Below are positions 40,501-59,595 of a stretch of DNA of 64,000 nt, in pieces. Each line of letters begins with the position of its first letter. The stretch's first letter is position 1. The notes under the pieces were generated by a model. The model made no database searches and was not told where the DNA came from. It saw only the letters and a program-made list of their open reading frames with translations. The DNA comes from Phallusia mammillata (lineage: Eukaryota): the NCBI GenBank assembly GCA_965637545.1, contig OZ281498.1:20212001-20276000 (forward strand), read 5' to 3'. The position numbers and the translations under genes are program-made.

Positions 40501-43500
40501 CTGAAAACCTATCAAAGGTGACAAGGCATTAACATACTCTTTTTTATTCAAGTTCACCTTGTCCACCGTCCTTTACAACCTGGTCACAATGGACTGGGTG
40601 CAGTGAGTCATGTGACCTTGGATTTCAAAGCCGCCAGAGAGTGTGCTCTAACGCCACCCAACGGTAAGAACATACTTTTGTGGAATTATTCTGTCCATAA
40701 TTTTGAACTGAACTGTTTGGCGTTTGGGTGTCACATATTTATGATAAAAAGCACCTAATACAATGGACTTATAATAAGATATTGCTCACGCAAAAATGCC
40801 AGCATTTGTCAGTTTTATATCCTGTTTTATCAACTATTCATTTTGGCCCAACACTTTTAGGTGACAATTTTAACGTTGTCAAATATACTAAACAAACTTA
40901 CTTGACTTACCTTTTGGTTTCAGCTCAGACTGTGTTTTAAAATCTTTAAAGTCCAATAACCTAACAATAACGGCTCACCGCGAAAACCAAGACAGCTATA
41001 TATTGGATATGAGAAAAACATCATTTGTTTTATTCCAGTGTCTCTATCACCCACTGCAATGCCAGTTTATCCGACTCCCAGTTATTGGAAGAGCAAAGAC
41101 GTGTATGTCATGGGAAACAATGTGCCAACATTACAAAACACCACTGGAGTACATGGGAAAGTTGGTCAATCTGCTACGGCGGTTGTGGTAAAGGTAGTCA
41201 GACAAGAACTAGAACTTGTAACAATGGAACCGGATCCGGTATATGTGCAGGTGGGTGGATAATGAAATAGTCTAGAATGCTGGGTTGAAAATCCGACGAA
41301 AATTTATTTAATTGAATTGGTGGTCCATGGCCTGAAACGAGTTAAGAACCACAGCGAGTGAATAAGTGCCACTAAAGCAGTTGTGGGCAACCTGCAGCCC
41401 TTGATTGTAAAGACACTTGGACTTCAAATGTACTGGCAAACGAGTCAAATTATTATGTATTTTTGAGCAGATTAGTGCACCTGTGCTATATTTCTACGAC
41501 TTGGCAATAAGCTGCGAGAATCAAATACGAATTTTACTTGTAGTAATGCATTTTTAATATGCAACAAAGTAAAATCATTTTGTGTTATATAAAGGTGCGG
41601 CACGTGATCCAATTATCGCAATTGTTTTTGGCCCACAGTGACAAAGGTTGCCCACCCCTGCACTAAAGTGACATAATCATCGTTTTGTACAGTACTTTGC
41701 AAAAATCTCCAACATTGCTTTTACCCGACTTTTATCTTTCTTAACAGGCGAGAAAAAGCAGTCACGAATATGTTATCTGACGCCATGTCCAAATGTCACG
41801 TCAACGGATCAATGTCCACCTGGGATGACGTTAAAACGTAACTGCGACGAGTGCCGACGTGTCGACAGCCTATTGGCTCTACGTCTACCCCGTACATGTT
41901 TCGAACTTGCGACCGGTAAAAATCTAGATTTTGCATGTTGATTTTGCATGTGTTTCTTTCATTTTGATTCTTAGCAGGCAGACAACGCCCGATACGTTAT
42001 GCTCACAATGAGTCCGCCGCCATGCTGCTTGTTGTATTGCAAGTCCGTTGAATCTTTTTTATTTGATTTTTTTTCGACCTCAACTTAGTTCAACCCATCA
42101 GACTAGGTAGTTGCAACGCCGCCTTAGCTTATTGTTCAGGGAAACACAAGCGACCGAGATCGGATTAGAACCCGCACACTTAAAAACACAGGGCGGATGC
42201 GCAAACAACTCGACCATCTGTCAATTGCTTTTCTAAATTGTTTCTTTACAAAAATTTCTCATTTTACCAAGTACTAAATTTCATTCATGTAGAGTCGTCA
42301 ATAAAGTGCGACCCGGATGATTGTTCACTCGTATGTGTGTGCGAGGGCGGAAAACTGCTGCAAATCGGCGAGGAGAGCATGAATCAGTGTGTGAGTGCGC
42401 ATCAGTGCGAGTGTGTGGACGGGGAACAACGCCACAGGCAAACGGGCGTCACCTGGGTGGAATCTAGTGTCGAGAAAAATGGCCAAGTTTGCAGGTATGG
42501 TGTCGCTGCTTAGCTTTTAGTCGCAACCCTTGTCATTTAAGTTGCATGGGTTGTTTTTTTATGCAACAAGAAATAATAAAAAAACATATTTGTGATTACT
42601 TAAGGTCAAACTGTACCTGCTCGATTGGCCGCGTTGCTTGTGACGTCATAGACTGTGACTCACGTGACACGTGCAAATGGGGTCACTGGAGTTCATGGAC
42701 AAGCTGCAACGCCACATGTCAAGGTAAGAGATAAGAACATTTTGCTGTTTGTGTGTTTGTGATAAAATTGCGGCAAAGACAAAATGGTCTGTAATTATTT
42801 GTCAGTTGAGTCAATTCCGGTCAGTCGATTCCGTTTCCGCACTGCTTCGAATGACGAAGAGTTATGCGACGCGGGTACCATGGAAACCGAAAACTGCGAC
42901 CTTCCACCTTGTGGACAATGCGAAGGGCCGGATTATGAATCTAAGGCAAGTGTAACGAAATTCATTGCATCAAGAAGCTTTGTGCTTCCAATCTAAGCGG
43001 AATATTGAATACATCATTTTAATTTTTCAGGTGTGGAAACAAGGTCCTTGTCAGGAATGCCGATGTTCCACAAACGGTTCTGTTGAGTGTAGCAACATTT
43101 GCTGGACGGCATGGTCCATGTGGAGCTCTTGTTTGACCACTTGCGGCGCAAGTACGTTGTGGCATAATTACAATCTTATGATACATATAAATTGTCATTT
43201 GCTTAGCGGTTAGACCAGTGGTTCTCAACCTTATATTGTTCGCGTACCACTTCTTTTATCTCGCTGCGTATCATATAAATTCTGTTTGGGTGGACAGATC
43301 AAGAGCTAGCCTGTTCTTCTTGACTAGTCGAGTACATTTCTAAAACGTGCAAGGTTAGCAATTTCAATTCCTTCAAAGAAATGCTGAAAACACAATTTTA
43401 CACAAATCCAAAGCTGATTTTTGGGCCGCTTAAGTTGCACAGATTTCTTTCCAATTCTGTCGGTTCGAGTAGCTTCGAATTAGCTCAGCTAGTGATGTAG

Positions 43501-45710
43501 CATCCACTGTGTGTTTAATTCGCTCTACGTATTGCAGTCTTTGCCTCTCTCTTATTTTTTAGCCATGGGGTCATCCATGTAGGCACAAAGATTCCAAAGT
43601 TTCTGAGGGTCGGTTCATGTCTCCATAATATTTTAGACATTGTTGATTCTGTAATTTTAGTTCTTTTAATATGGAATTGTTAGCCCCATGTTCTTTTCAT
43701 GAAATTCTCAGCCAACCCCGATAACAATGCATTTTACAACTCTCCAGCTTAAAGCGATCGGTTGCTATTAAACACCACAAATTTTTGGGAGAAATATACA
43801 GTGCCTAGCGGAGTGACTGGTCGGCAAGTCCTATTAATAAGAAGCTAACTACGTGCTTATCCCACTGTCCAAAGCTTGTGATACAAGCAAAAAAAGTAAT
43901 ATTCTTAAAATCCAACAAATCTTTGCAGACTCGACACAAAGTCGTGCCCGTTCATGCGTGTCGGACCAGCACTGCTCATCTGACGTCACAACTTTGGAAA
44001 TTCGGAACTGCAACGAAAGCAAGGTGCCCTGTCCCGACCAAGAACACACTACCACAGCACCAATGCCTACGTCATGCGATGATGTCACGTGCGATGACGT
44101 CACATGTCGTGAGGGAGAGATAAAAGTAAAGAAAGGCAAGGAGTGCTGTGCAACTTGTCAGCCGGAATCAGGTATTAACAATAATTTTGCTGTTGATTTA
44201 AGTTCACGAAAAAGGCATTTGTTTTTGAGATTTTGAAACATACATATTTCGCCAACAGCATCATTAGTATCATATTCAAATCTTAAGGACGAATGGGTGA
44301 ATGTTTTTGAACTTAAATCAATCGATCCCAAGGTTTATTATAGTCCTTATCTACTAAGCAACGAGTTAGAAAATTCTGATATTCAGTTTAAAGTGCAATT
44401 TTTGGCGATGCAAAGAAAAAATCAGGTACAAGTAGACCCCTATGTATGTCCACACATCCACACACAATTTGTTTCACTCGGGGAAAATAATGTAGTGTAA
44501 TCAGCATATTTCACTTTCTCTAGTTTTTCGTTGTCTGTTGGCGAAATTAAGGTGCTATGCAATTGAATGTAGTCAGTACAAATCTCCCAACCCACAATAC
44601 TATATTTATTCTTAGTTCAATAAATTCATCGAAGTCACACATTAAAACAAATGGCCTTTTTTCGTATTTTCTACTTTCTCTCATATCACTACATTACTTT
44701 CCAGTTCAACCAACGCTCCTGCCAAAGTGCCAAATCCACACAGAGAAGAGAAACTTCTCATTGGACGGATGCATGTCACGTGATACAGAAATTCGATTTT
44801 GCGCGGGAAGCTGCCGGTCGTCGGTCCACGTGCTCCCTTACGTAAGTCGCAAGCAACATACATTTTTTTAATCTCATTTTTTGCCATAAGTTGGATTAAA
44901 ATTTGTGGATCTACCATAATGAGTAACATACAATTTCTGTCCACTGACACCGTAAAAAACGTTGAAATTCTACTTTGATTTTCACAGGAACCTTTTATAC
45001 ACTCAACTTGCGAATGCTGCACGCATCACGTTAGCGAGCAATATAGCCACGTGACTGTTACGCTTCACTGCCCGGACGGTAGCGAGCGTTTGGTTGAAGT
45101 CCCAAACATTGAACGTTGCTCGTGTAACAGTTGCCCAGGTAAGTAAAAACATACATAATACCAAACTAGATTCCCCCTTTGAAAAGAATTAAAATATTTG
45201 TGCTATTGATATAATCCACCAAAATCACTGAACAATATTTTCAAAGCTACTCTTTGAGAAGGCCTTTGCAGGTAAAGTAGCGTAAGAACTCACAACTGAC
45301 AAGTTTGACTAAGTACCGAGAGAAGGCACAAAAGGCATAAAGAATATTCAGAAGCAAAATTTTTTAAAAATGTTGACTGTTATTGCTATTAGCGTTGAAG
45401 TAAGGTTTAATAATAAAAATAGCAATAAACCAAAAAAACTTGGTTCCTATCGATAGGAACTGAGATAGGACAGGAAACTAAATGTCGAGATCCCTACAGT
45501 CTCAATGATAATAATCTATCAGTAGGCTACTTAGCAAACTTTGTTCGTTGAGATTTCTTACGCTAGCTCTACCGCCATTGTACGAATAGGTCTGCCTCTT
45601 AAGTGGTATTGTGTGCTCATTGTTTAAAAATTGTATTCGGCATCTTCTAAGTTAATTTGTAATGCTGTCAATTTGCAGGCAACAGTGGGATGATGAGAGC
45701 GGATCCGTAA
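2021..45710 (+). CDS. SSPO: SCO-spondin (Reissner fibre protein) orthologue, complete multi-exon gene (about 80 coding exons)
   Basis: Exons joined by GT-AG sites in consistent phase give the diagnostic order signal-EMI-(vWD-C8-TIL)x3-LDLRa x9-TSR1-3-vWC-LDLRa10-many TSR/TIL/vWC-CTCK. The EMI start ([25 protein letters not shown]...GGWKYD) and TSR motifs FRSPLHP/FRSPSNP match SCO-spondin from memory of the family. Stop TAA at 45708-45710. Confidence 0.93.
2220..3766 (+). CDS. SSPO: SCO-spondin EMI and N-terminal Cys-rich exons (2220-2373, 2868-3027, 3545-3766)
   Basis: [10 protein letters not shown]...; [30 protein letters not shown]; [10 protein letters not shown]...[15 protein letters not shown]...CEVC. 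Confidence 0.88.
3848..9409 (+). CDS. SSPO: SCO-spondin vWD1-C8-TIL-vWC-vWD2-C8-TIL-TIL exons
   Basis: [15 protein letters not shown] (divergent vWD1), [19 protein letters not shown] (vWD2), [19 protein letters not shown], and several CPCxxxG and CxCxxGxWxC motifs. Confidence 0.9.
3991..4129. repeat. Tandem duplication of about 70 bp
   Basis: TTTAGCATAATTTT...GGTTTT(T)ACAGGTGAATGCA occurs twice (3991-4059, 4060-4129). Confidence 0.9.
6587..6676. repeat. Five tandem 18-bp units, four containing TGACGTCA
   Basis: ACCTACCTATGACGTCAT / ACCTATTTATGAAGTCAC / ACCTATTTATGACGTCAT / ATCTACTTATGACGTCAT / GCCTACAGTTGACGTCAT. Confidence 0.9.
7600..7869 (+). repeat. tRNA-containing interspersed repeat, copy 1 (tRNA-like part 7742-7815)
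   Basis: GCCTCTGTAGCTTAGTTGGTAGAGCG...GTCGTGGGTTTAAATTCCACCGCCGGC; homologous to 38620-38830 and to a minus-strand fragment near 33230-33310. Confidence 0.75.
11527..12678 (-). CDS. Nested antisense two-exon orphan gene (176 aa) in the SCO-spondin intron 9410-15604
   Basis: Exon 1 12678-12558 ([22 protein letters not shown]...SPVKT, donor A/gtgagc, phase 1) splices in frame to exon 2 11936-11527 (acceptor ttcgcag/AA AAG; [28 protein letters not shown]...SYKGGKE-stop). 531 nt total, no internal stop. Confidence 0.75.
15605..18945 (+). CDS. SSPO: SCO-spondin vWD3-C8-TIL-vWC exons
   Basis: [74 protein letters not shown]. Confidence 0.92.
19233..22282 (+). CDS. SSPO: SCO-spondin LDL-receptor class A cluster (9 repeats) running into TSR1
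   Basis: Nine CxxxxxC...CDxxxDCxDxSDE-type units in exons 19233-19450, 19503-19698, 19757-19955, 20027-20121, 20300-20428, 20777-20916, 21411-21544, 21750-21825, 22147-22282 (inner boundaries approximate). LDLRa9 has an insertion before SDEAGC, followed directly by STWSEWGNW. Confidence 0.92.
22380..22790. repeat. Low-complexity (ATT)ACTCG-type degenerate repeat
   Basis: Dense TACTC/ATTACTCG words; related ACTCG/CGAGT-rich blocks at about 21050-21230, 25010-25430 and 36200-36470. Confidence 0.65.
22830..44171 (+). CDS. SSPO: SCO-spondin TSR1/TIL/vWC array including LDLRa10 (27049-27146, 27667 onward)
   Basis: About 20 WxxWxxWxxCSxTCG...RxRxC motifs counted by eye, interleaved with TIL (CPxTC...CxxGCxCPxG) and vWC-like modules. 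Confidence 0.9.
29340..29890. repeat. Three diverged copies of a unit at roughly 230-240 bp spacing
   Basis: AAAG(G/T)TAATC(C/T)TT...TGACCC...AGGGGT(T/A)CA.CC.CAAGCC recurs near 29360, 29610 and 29820; a related piece lies near 25560-25615. Confidence 0.55.
34528..34556. repeat. (AT)n microsatellite
   Basis: About 14 uninterrupted AT units. Confidence 0.95.
35674..36127. mobile_element. hAT (Buster-type) MITE, 454 bp
   Basis: TIRs CAGCGTGGTCCAACT / AGTTGGACCACACTG; perfect 8-bp TSD GTCTAAGA (35666-35673, 36128-36135). Confidence 0.9.
37442..37675. mobile_element. hAT MITE, 234 bp
   Basis: CAGTGGTTTCCAA...TTGAACCACTG ends; TSD CCCCAACC/CCCTAACC (7/8). Confidence 0.8.
38553..38830 (+). repeat. 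tRNA-containing interspersed repeat, copy 2 (tRNA-like part 38739-38812)
   Basis: A-box TAACTCAGTTGG, B-box GGTTCGAATCC, acceptor stem GCCCGCG/CGCAGGC; non-canonical anticodon arm. Confidence 0.75.
41378..41660. mobile_element. hAT MITE, 283 bp
   Basis: CAGTTGTGGGCAACC...GGTTGCCCACCCCTG ends; perfect TSD CACTAAAG. Confidence 0.88.
42081..42217 (-). mobile_element. Second tRNA-derived SINE-like family (related copy about 30570-30716, minus strand)
   Basis: Reverse complement shows A-box-like TGGTCGAGTTG and B-box-like GGTTCTAATCC, followed by a body shared with the 30570-30716 copy (...GCGGC.TTG...GGTT.GAACT.A.TT). Confidence 0.55.
43443..43760 (-). mobile_element. Decayed 3' fragment of RTE-like LINE ORF2
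   Basis: Minus-strand reading [21 protein letters not shown]...[11 protein letters not shown]...[23 protein letters not shown]...[14 protein letters not shown] parallels the RTE ORF2 C-terminus (LEAFEMWCYRRMLRISW...LKYFGH...GKRxRGRQR), with in-frame stops. Confidence 0.7.
44705..45710 (+). CDS. SSPO: SCO-spondin C-terminal cystine knot (CTCK) and terminal exon
   Basis: Exons 44705-44841 (KCQIH...GCMS...FCAGSCRS), 44988-45138 (CECC...LHCPDG...[10 protein letters not shown]), 45679-45710 (NSGMMRADP-stop). Confidence 0.9.
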
Positions 45711-45717
45711 ACTAAAG

Positions 45718-45770
45718 AATAAAGGATTGTATGTGCCTTCATTGTGTTACAAATATACTTGTAGAATAAA
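45718..45770 (+). promoter_or_regulatory. Two AATAAA polyadenylation signals for SCO-spondin
   Basis: AATAAA at 45718-45723 and 45765-45770, just after the stop codon. Confidence 0.6.
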
Positions 45771-48700
45771 CACATTTTACTTTCCGATGTTGGTTGTAGT
45801 TCTTATTCATGAGGTTCAGCAAGACAGTTTTAGTGACTTTATAATACTGGTTAAAAACATCATTAATTTAATCTTTAATCTCAATTTTCCTCGAGGGACT
45901 ATTTTTGTCACACTTTACAATGTTTTAAATAAAACATTATTGCGAAACGGCCGAAAGTGATGTTGTTGACAAGATCAATTGTAAGCTGCAGTACTCCAGT
46001 TTGCTGGGAGTAACAGGATAAAAAATGCCTCATCACCTAGTCTGCGCGATGCCCCAACTGGGCACACAGCACATACGCAACTCGCTCACAATGGCCAAGC
46101 AACTGCTTGGGAACCAAAGTGAAGTCAATTGTAGCCTAATTGACAAAAATAGAGAACCAAAATGTAACATCTAGTAAAACTAAGTCTGCCACTAAACTTT
46201 GTTATCAGTTGATTTAAAGAAATAATCTGAGAACTTCTTTGCATCGTATTAAAAAAAATACAGTATTCATTTTTGAATTACTTAGGAATAGTATAATGTC
46301 ATGAACTGTTTTTGCAAGCATCCCTAAAAAATCTTTGACTTAAAAGATATAACAATAATTTAGTGTAAACATAACAGGCAGATACTGTTGTTAAATTCGT
46401 CGTTACTATTTTAATGCGACAAAAACTGGTAAAGATATTGTTTGGTGATGTGTTTCGATGTGAAATTTTTTGGGTCGATGTGAAATTAAGATGTAGGGTA
46501 TGCATGAGTGCCCATCGCGCTACTTTAAAACAATCACGTTTTAAATGTTAACCTATAAAGAAATAGTTGAGATAAGAGATGATTTGTCAGCATAATGAAT
46601 AGGTTTTACTACAGTAACTTTGTACGCGTTTATGACACGTAATGTTAGCAACTAAGTAAGGACAGTAGATCTGTTTAATAAGATCAGTTAATCAGAAAAT
46701 GAGAAAGGAAAACAAACATTTGTTTTATAACATTGTTTTTGATTGCTGTTTATCGTCGAAGCGTATAAAATGTAAACACAAATTAAATCATCATTTTTTT
46801 ACTATTATCTAACCTTTAACATACAAGATAAAATTAACTGTTCCATTTGGAAACAGAGTTATGATTTTTTACAATCTTGGGATTGCTGTTTCTGGACACT
46901 AGCTCTGCCTCTACTTATCTTTTCTAACTTTGGCTTGAACATAACCATACACAATGTGTAAATTGCATTTTAGTGTTAAACTGTTTTAGCTTAATGAGCT
47001 CAGGCCTGCAAAAAGAAACAACTTACATTGACAATGATTAAGATGTCGACTGAAAATTTCAGACCTGCTGCTGGTAACAACTACTGTAGTAGGAAGGATA
47101 TAAGGACAAAACTAATAGCAAGCATTTTGATATAGGGTTGATGTACCATTACACCAACTTATTTTTTGTCCTATATTTATAACTTCCAGCTATAACAGGA
47201 CACAAGTCAACCACATGCATGTTTGGTGACAGCAAAATCTATGCAAAAATTTGGTTGCAATGACCATAAAGGCATATTTATATGATTATGGGAATGCATA
47301 TTAGAATGTATCATTGGCCAGAAACACAGTTTAAAACAGTAAGGTATTTTCATATTACCACATTTTTTTATGTTTTTGAAGGATTTGCATTGAAACACTT
47401 ATTCAAGACTCCCGTAAAATTAAAGTTACACAGGTTAAACATCTACTTATAAAGTTAGTGTAACACAGTTACTATCTAATTAAAGCAAAAACAAAGTTAA
47501 ATTGTGGTTGTCCTGGTTCTACTTTTTGAATGCAAAGTTTTGTCACTGTTTATTTGTTATTTGCAGTTTTTCCTGACACACAAGGCCAGTGGAAAGACCA
47601 AAACTGGGACCAAATTGTGTTTTTCAAAACTTTTTGCTTTCTCTTAGCTTTGGTTTCATACAATTCCATATTTATTTGTGGAATCTGCTTGATTTTGTCA
47701 AAAAATATATTTCCCAGCCTTTGGAACAGCACAAATTCAAATCAGACCCATCTTTGTAAGCAACATGTACAAGTGACTTGACATCAGCAGGTAACAAGGT
47801 TGCATGTTAATCTGCTTAATGCTTCGAGTTCGACCACAGGTGATTGCAGAAATGGGTTTTATCCCCTTTTCATCATGTTGGCATTTGTTATTCAGTATCT
47901 AGTCTGGGTTTACATTTGGTTTTGGGATTATGACACAAAGAACTGAACGTTTGGTGACATTCCAAAGGTGTGGAACACCTAACCAACAATTTGAAAAGTT
48001 TTTCATCTTTTTCAGAGAACGAACATGTCTACATGACTATTGCACAAAACCGCCTCAACAGGCCCGCTTTTTTACCAGGTACAGCTGCTGCGTTTTTTAC
48101 CGCTGCCCTCCACCTGTTAGTATCATTTTAGCGTATTTTCAACCGCTAGGTTTTCGCAGCTGTGTCCTGTGTTTGTCGTGCCATTGTATCGTCATAACTT
48201 ACTATGCTTGTCGCGTTCAAGTGCACGTGAACAAAATAAAATACGATACGATACATCTATAGCATATTAAAAAACCTTGACAAGAAGACTCTTTTGTTAC
48301 CAGGGCAACAGAAACGCAAAATTCTGGCCTTAGAGCCTTTTGCCACAAACATGTACAGTTTTCTAATGCTGATGGCTTTTTATTGACCCATCACAAATTT
48401 TTAGGCGTTGTTTGATAATTGATTTTATTTTATAGTATTTTGTTTATAACAATCCGAAACGTCAAAAAACATATTTTGTCGTGGACAACGTGATTCATGT
48501 TTTGCACAAATATTGACTAGTTCACTCACTGTGTACGCATGAAGCAGGTTGATTAGACAACTTTTAAGCATTCTTGAAAAAAACGTTTCCTAAAAAGTAT
48601 TTTTACCGAATCGAAACTTCGATGCATGACGTTGCTTGAATTTCTATTTAGCCTCAAGATAGAATGCAATTTTGGCTTCCTGTCTGTTATCGCTTTTTTG

Positions 48701-49014
48701 TGACTATACGCTTACAACGTTGTCCCAAAAGCGCATGAATTGACCAAATGCTGTGAATGTAGATTTGTAAACTAGACAATTCCTGTATTTTATTCAAAAA
48801 TCATCACTTATTTAAACTTTAAGCATGTATATTATTTTGATCTATACATAAGGGAGCTATCCGATTATTACAATCCTCCTATAGGCACATTTTGTGGTCG
48901 ATTTGAACTGGAGTTCGTTTTTTAAAATTGCAGGTAAACCGACACAGCTTATATAGCTTTGTTGCTTAATATAAATGTTTAAAATCTCTGAATGGCGGAA
49001 CTCCAACTGCAAAA

Positions 49015-49388
49015 CGGTATTTACTCGATTGTAAGCGGCAGCTTGTATTGTTTGTTTTTTTACCTGCCGTTTGTGTGGCTTAGGCTACATTTTAATTGAT
49101 TACTGATATTATTTCTACACTTGCAAATTTGTAATTTATTTGCGGGTTTAAAATTCATATGCATGTACAGCTTATATGTCGATATACGTTCAGTTGGGTA
49201 CAGTTATTAACGTAACTAACAAATATGGGAAAATAGTTATGATAAGTAACAACAAAACGATATATTGTGAAACAATAGTATCTAATATTCCAGCGTGCGG
49301 CTTACAATCGAGGCCGGCTTACATTATTTTTTTAACACCTCAACTTGCGGCTTATAAACGAGGACGGCTTACAGTCGAGTAAAACGAG
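49015..49388. mobile_element. Degenerate pogo/Tigger-like MITE
   Basis: CGGTATTTACTCGATTGTAAGC at the left end; GCTTACAGTCGAGTAAAACG at the right end with repeated GCGGCTTA(C/T)A subterminal motifs. Confidence 0.55.
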
Positions 49389-49530
49389 TTGAGTTACGAT
49401 TGCTGCTGTGTTCAATTTTCATATAGCAAACCACTGGTGATTTTTTTTTATTAATGTCATTGGTCATTATTTTTTACACTAAGTAGAAGGGTAATAATAG
49501 GAAATGTTATTTGTATCATCTAAAGTGGTT

Positions 49531-55317
<5,787 letters not shown>

Positions 55318-56638
55318 TGTCATCTACCTGTAATCTATAACCAGATGTGTATATCTTTGGATTAACAAAAGATTTCCGACTGATATTTTTGGTACAATAG
55401 TTTAACTAAGGGCACATTTTTGAAAAGAAAGCTAATTCTGCGATTGTTAGTTGTAAGCATCTTATGTATAGACCTCACGAAATTGATCGGAGATAAAATT
55501 TCAGGCTACGCTCGTATATACTGCTTGTCCGTTTACCTTTTAACAAAACGACATTCAAATATAGGAATTATGCAAATAGCAAAGTAAGTGCTGCTGAGCT
55601 CTTCTGGCAAATGTAATTTTATTCCGACATTTTGACGTCCTGTACAGGTCGTCTTCACAGAAGAGCTCTACAAACTTGATATTATGCCTGGCAGCAATAG
55701 CTTATATAAGTGCTGCTGTTCGATAAATACTTTATGGTGCTGTCGCATAGAAACTACCTTACTATTAGTTGATGTAGAAAATACTCTGCATTGTAAACTG
55801 ACTTATTACAAGCTTTTTGGTTGAATCTGCTTTGTGCCTAACCGAATTATTTTCCATTAGAAGTTCGGGCAAGTAAGGCGCGATTATCGAAACCTTACAA
55901 CTAAACTATGTGACTCAACGTGGTTTCTAAACTCTGGGCTTTTCCGTAAGCGCTACTTTATACAACTGCAAGATAACGGAAATGGGTAGTTGAAGCGTGA
56001 TGTATACATGCTGCGTCCGGTGTGACAATTTGATGCGATTCGCTGCACGATATCATTGTTAACGTTAGACCACATTCTTGTGATAATAAGATGATTTTTT
56101 CGTGTGGTTTGTTACACTAGCGTCCAAGTATGCATCGTCCCGTGGCATTATCCGCAAAACAATTGGCATTTCTTGAAAGAAGTCGTGTTTGGATTGCGAA
56201 ACGATTTAGAAATCCCTGGGGTCGGGATCCCCCGGGATTTTTTACTTCTTTATCCCGGGATTAGAATGCTGAGATTACAAGTACATTTAGGGCTATTTTT
56301 AGCTTAAAACACGGTCGCGGACTATGCATTAAGTAAAACGCGTATTTTCGAAACGTGAAAGCATATTTGATGAAGATGTAATCGCTCTTTCTGAACTGGA
56401 ACGAGCAAATTAGGACATCGCGTGTGACAAAACAAGTTGAGTTATAGCTGCTGCTGTGTTCAACTAAACAAGAGCGAGTTGCTGCGACAAAAAGCTACAC
56501 CTATTTGTTTCACCACCGGTTGAAAACCGATTGTGTAGTTTTTATTATTAATGCGATTCGTTGACAATTTTTGGTTCCATTTACAATGAGTATTGTGATA
56601 ATGATAGGAAATGTTATTTGCATCGTCAAAGAAAGGTT

Positions 56639-59352
<2,714 letters not shown>

Positions 59353-59595
59353 GTTTTAAAGATATTCTCTTTAAAGAAAAATAATAATTAAGTCGAGTTT
59401 GACCTGTGTGAACAATCATAGCCGACTGGACAAGGTATCATGTGGTATTAATTTCAGTGTATGGGCCTGCAAGCTTGTTTGTGCGCCCTAATCATAAAAT
59501 CGCCTAATATAATTCCCTAGTTATTTTTGCAGCGGTTTTAAATTAGTGTTTAGTAGTTGTATTCATGTTAGACTTTCGTTTCCATGCTATTAGAT

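Noticed and set aside
47530-47781. Small membrane protein ORF
   Set aside because: Hydrophobicity is explained by T-rich sequence; no splice or homology support.
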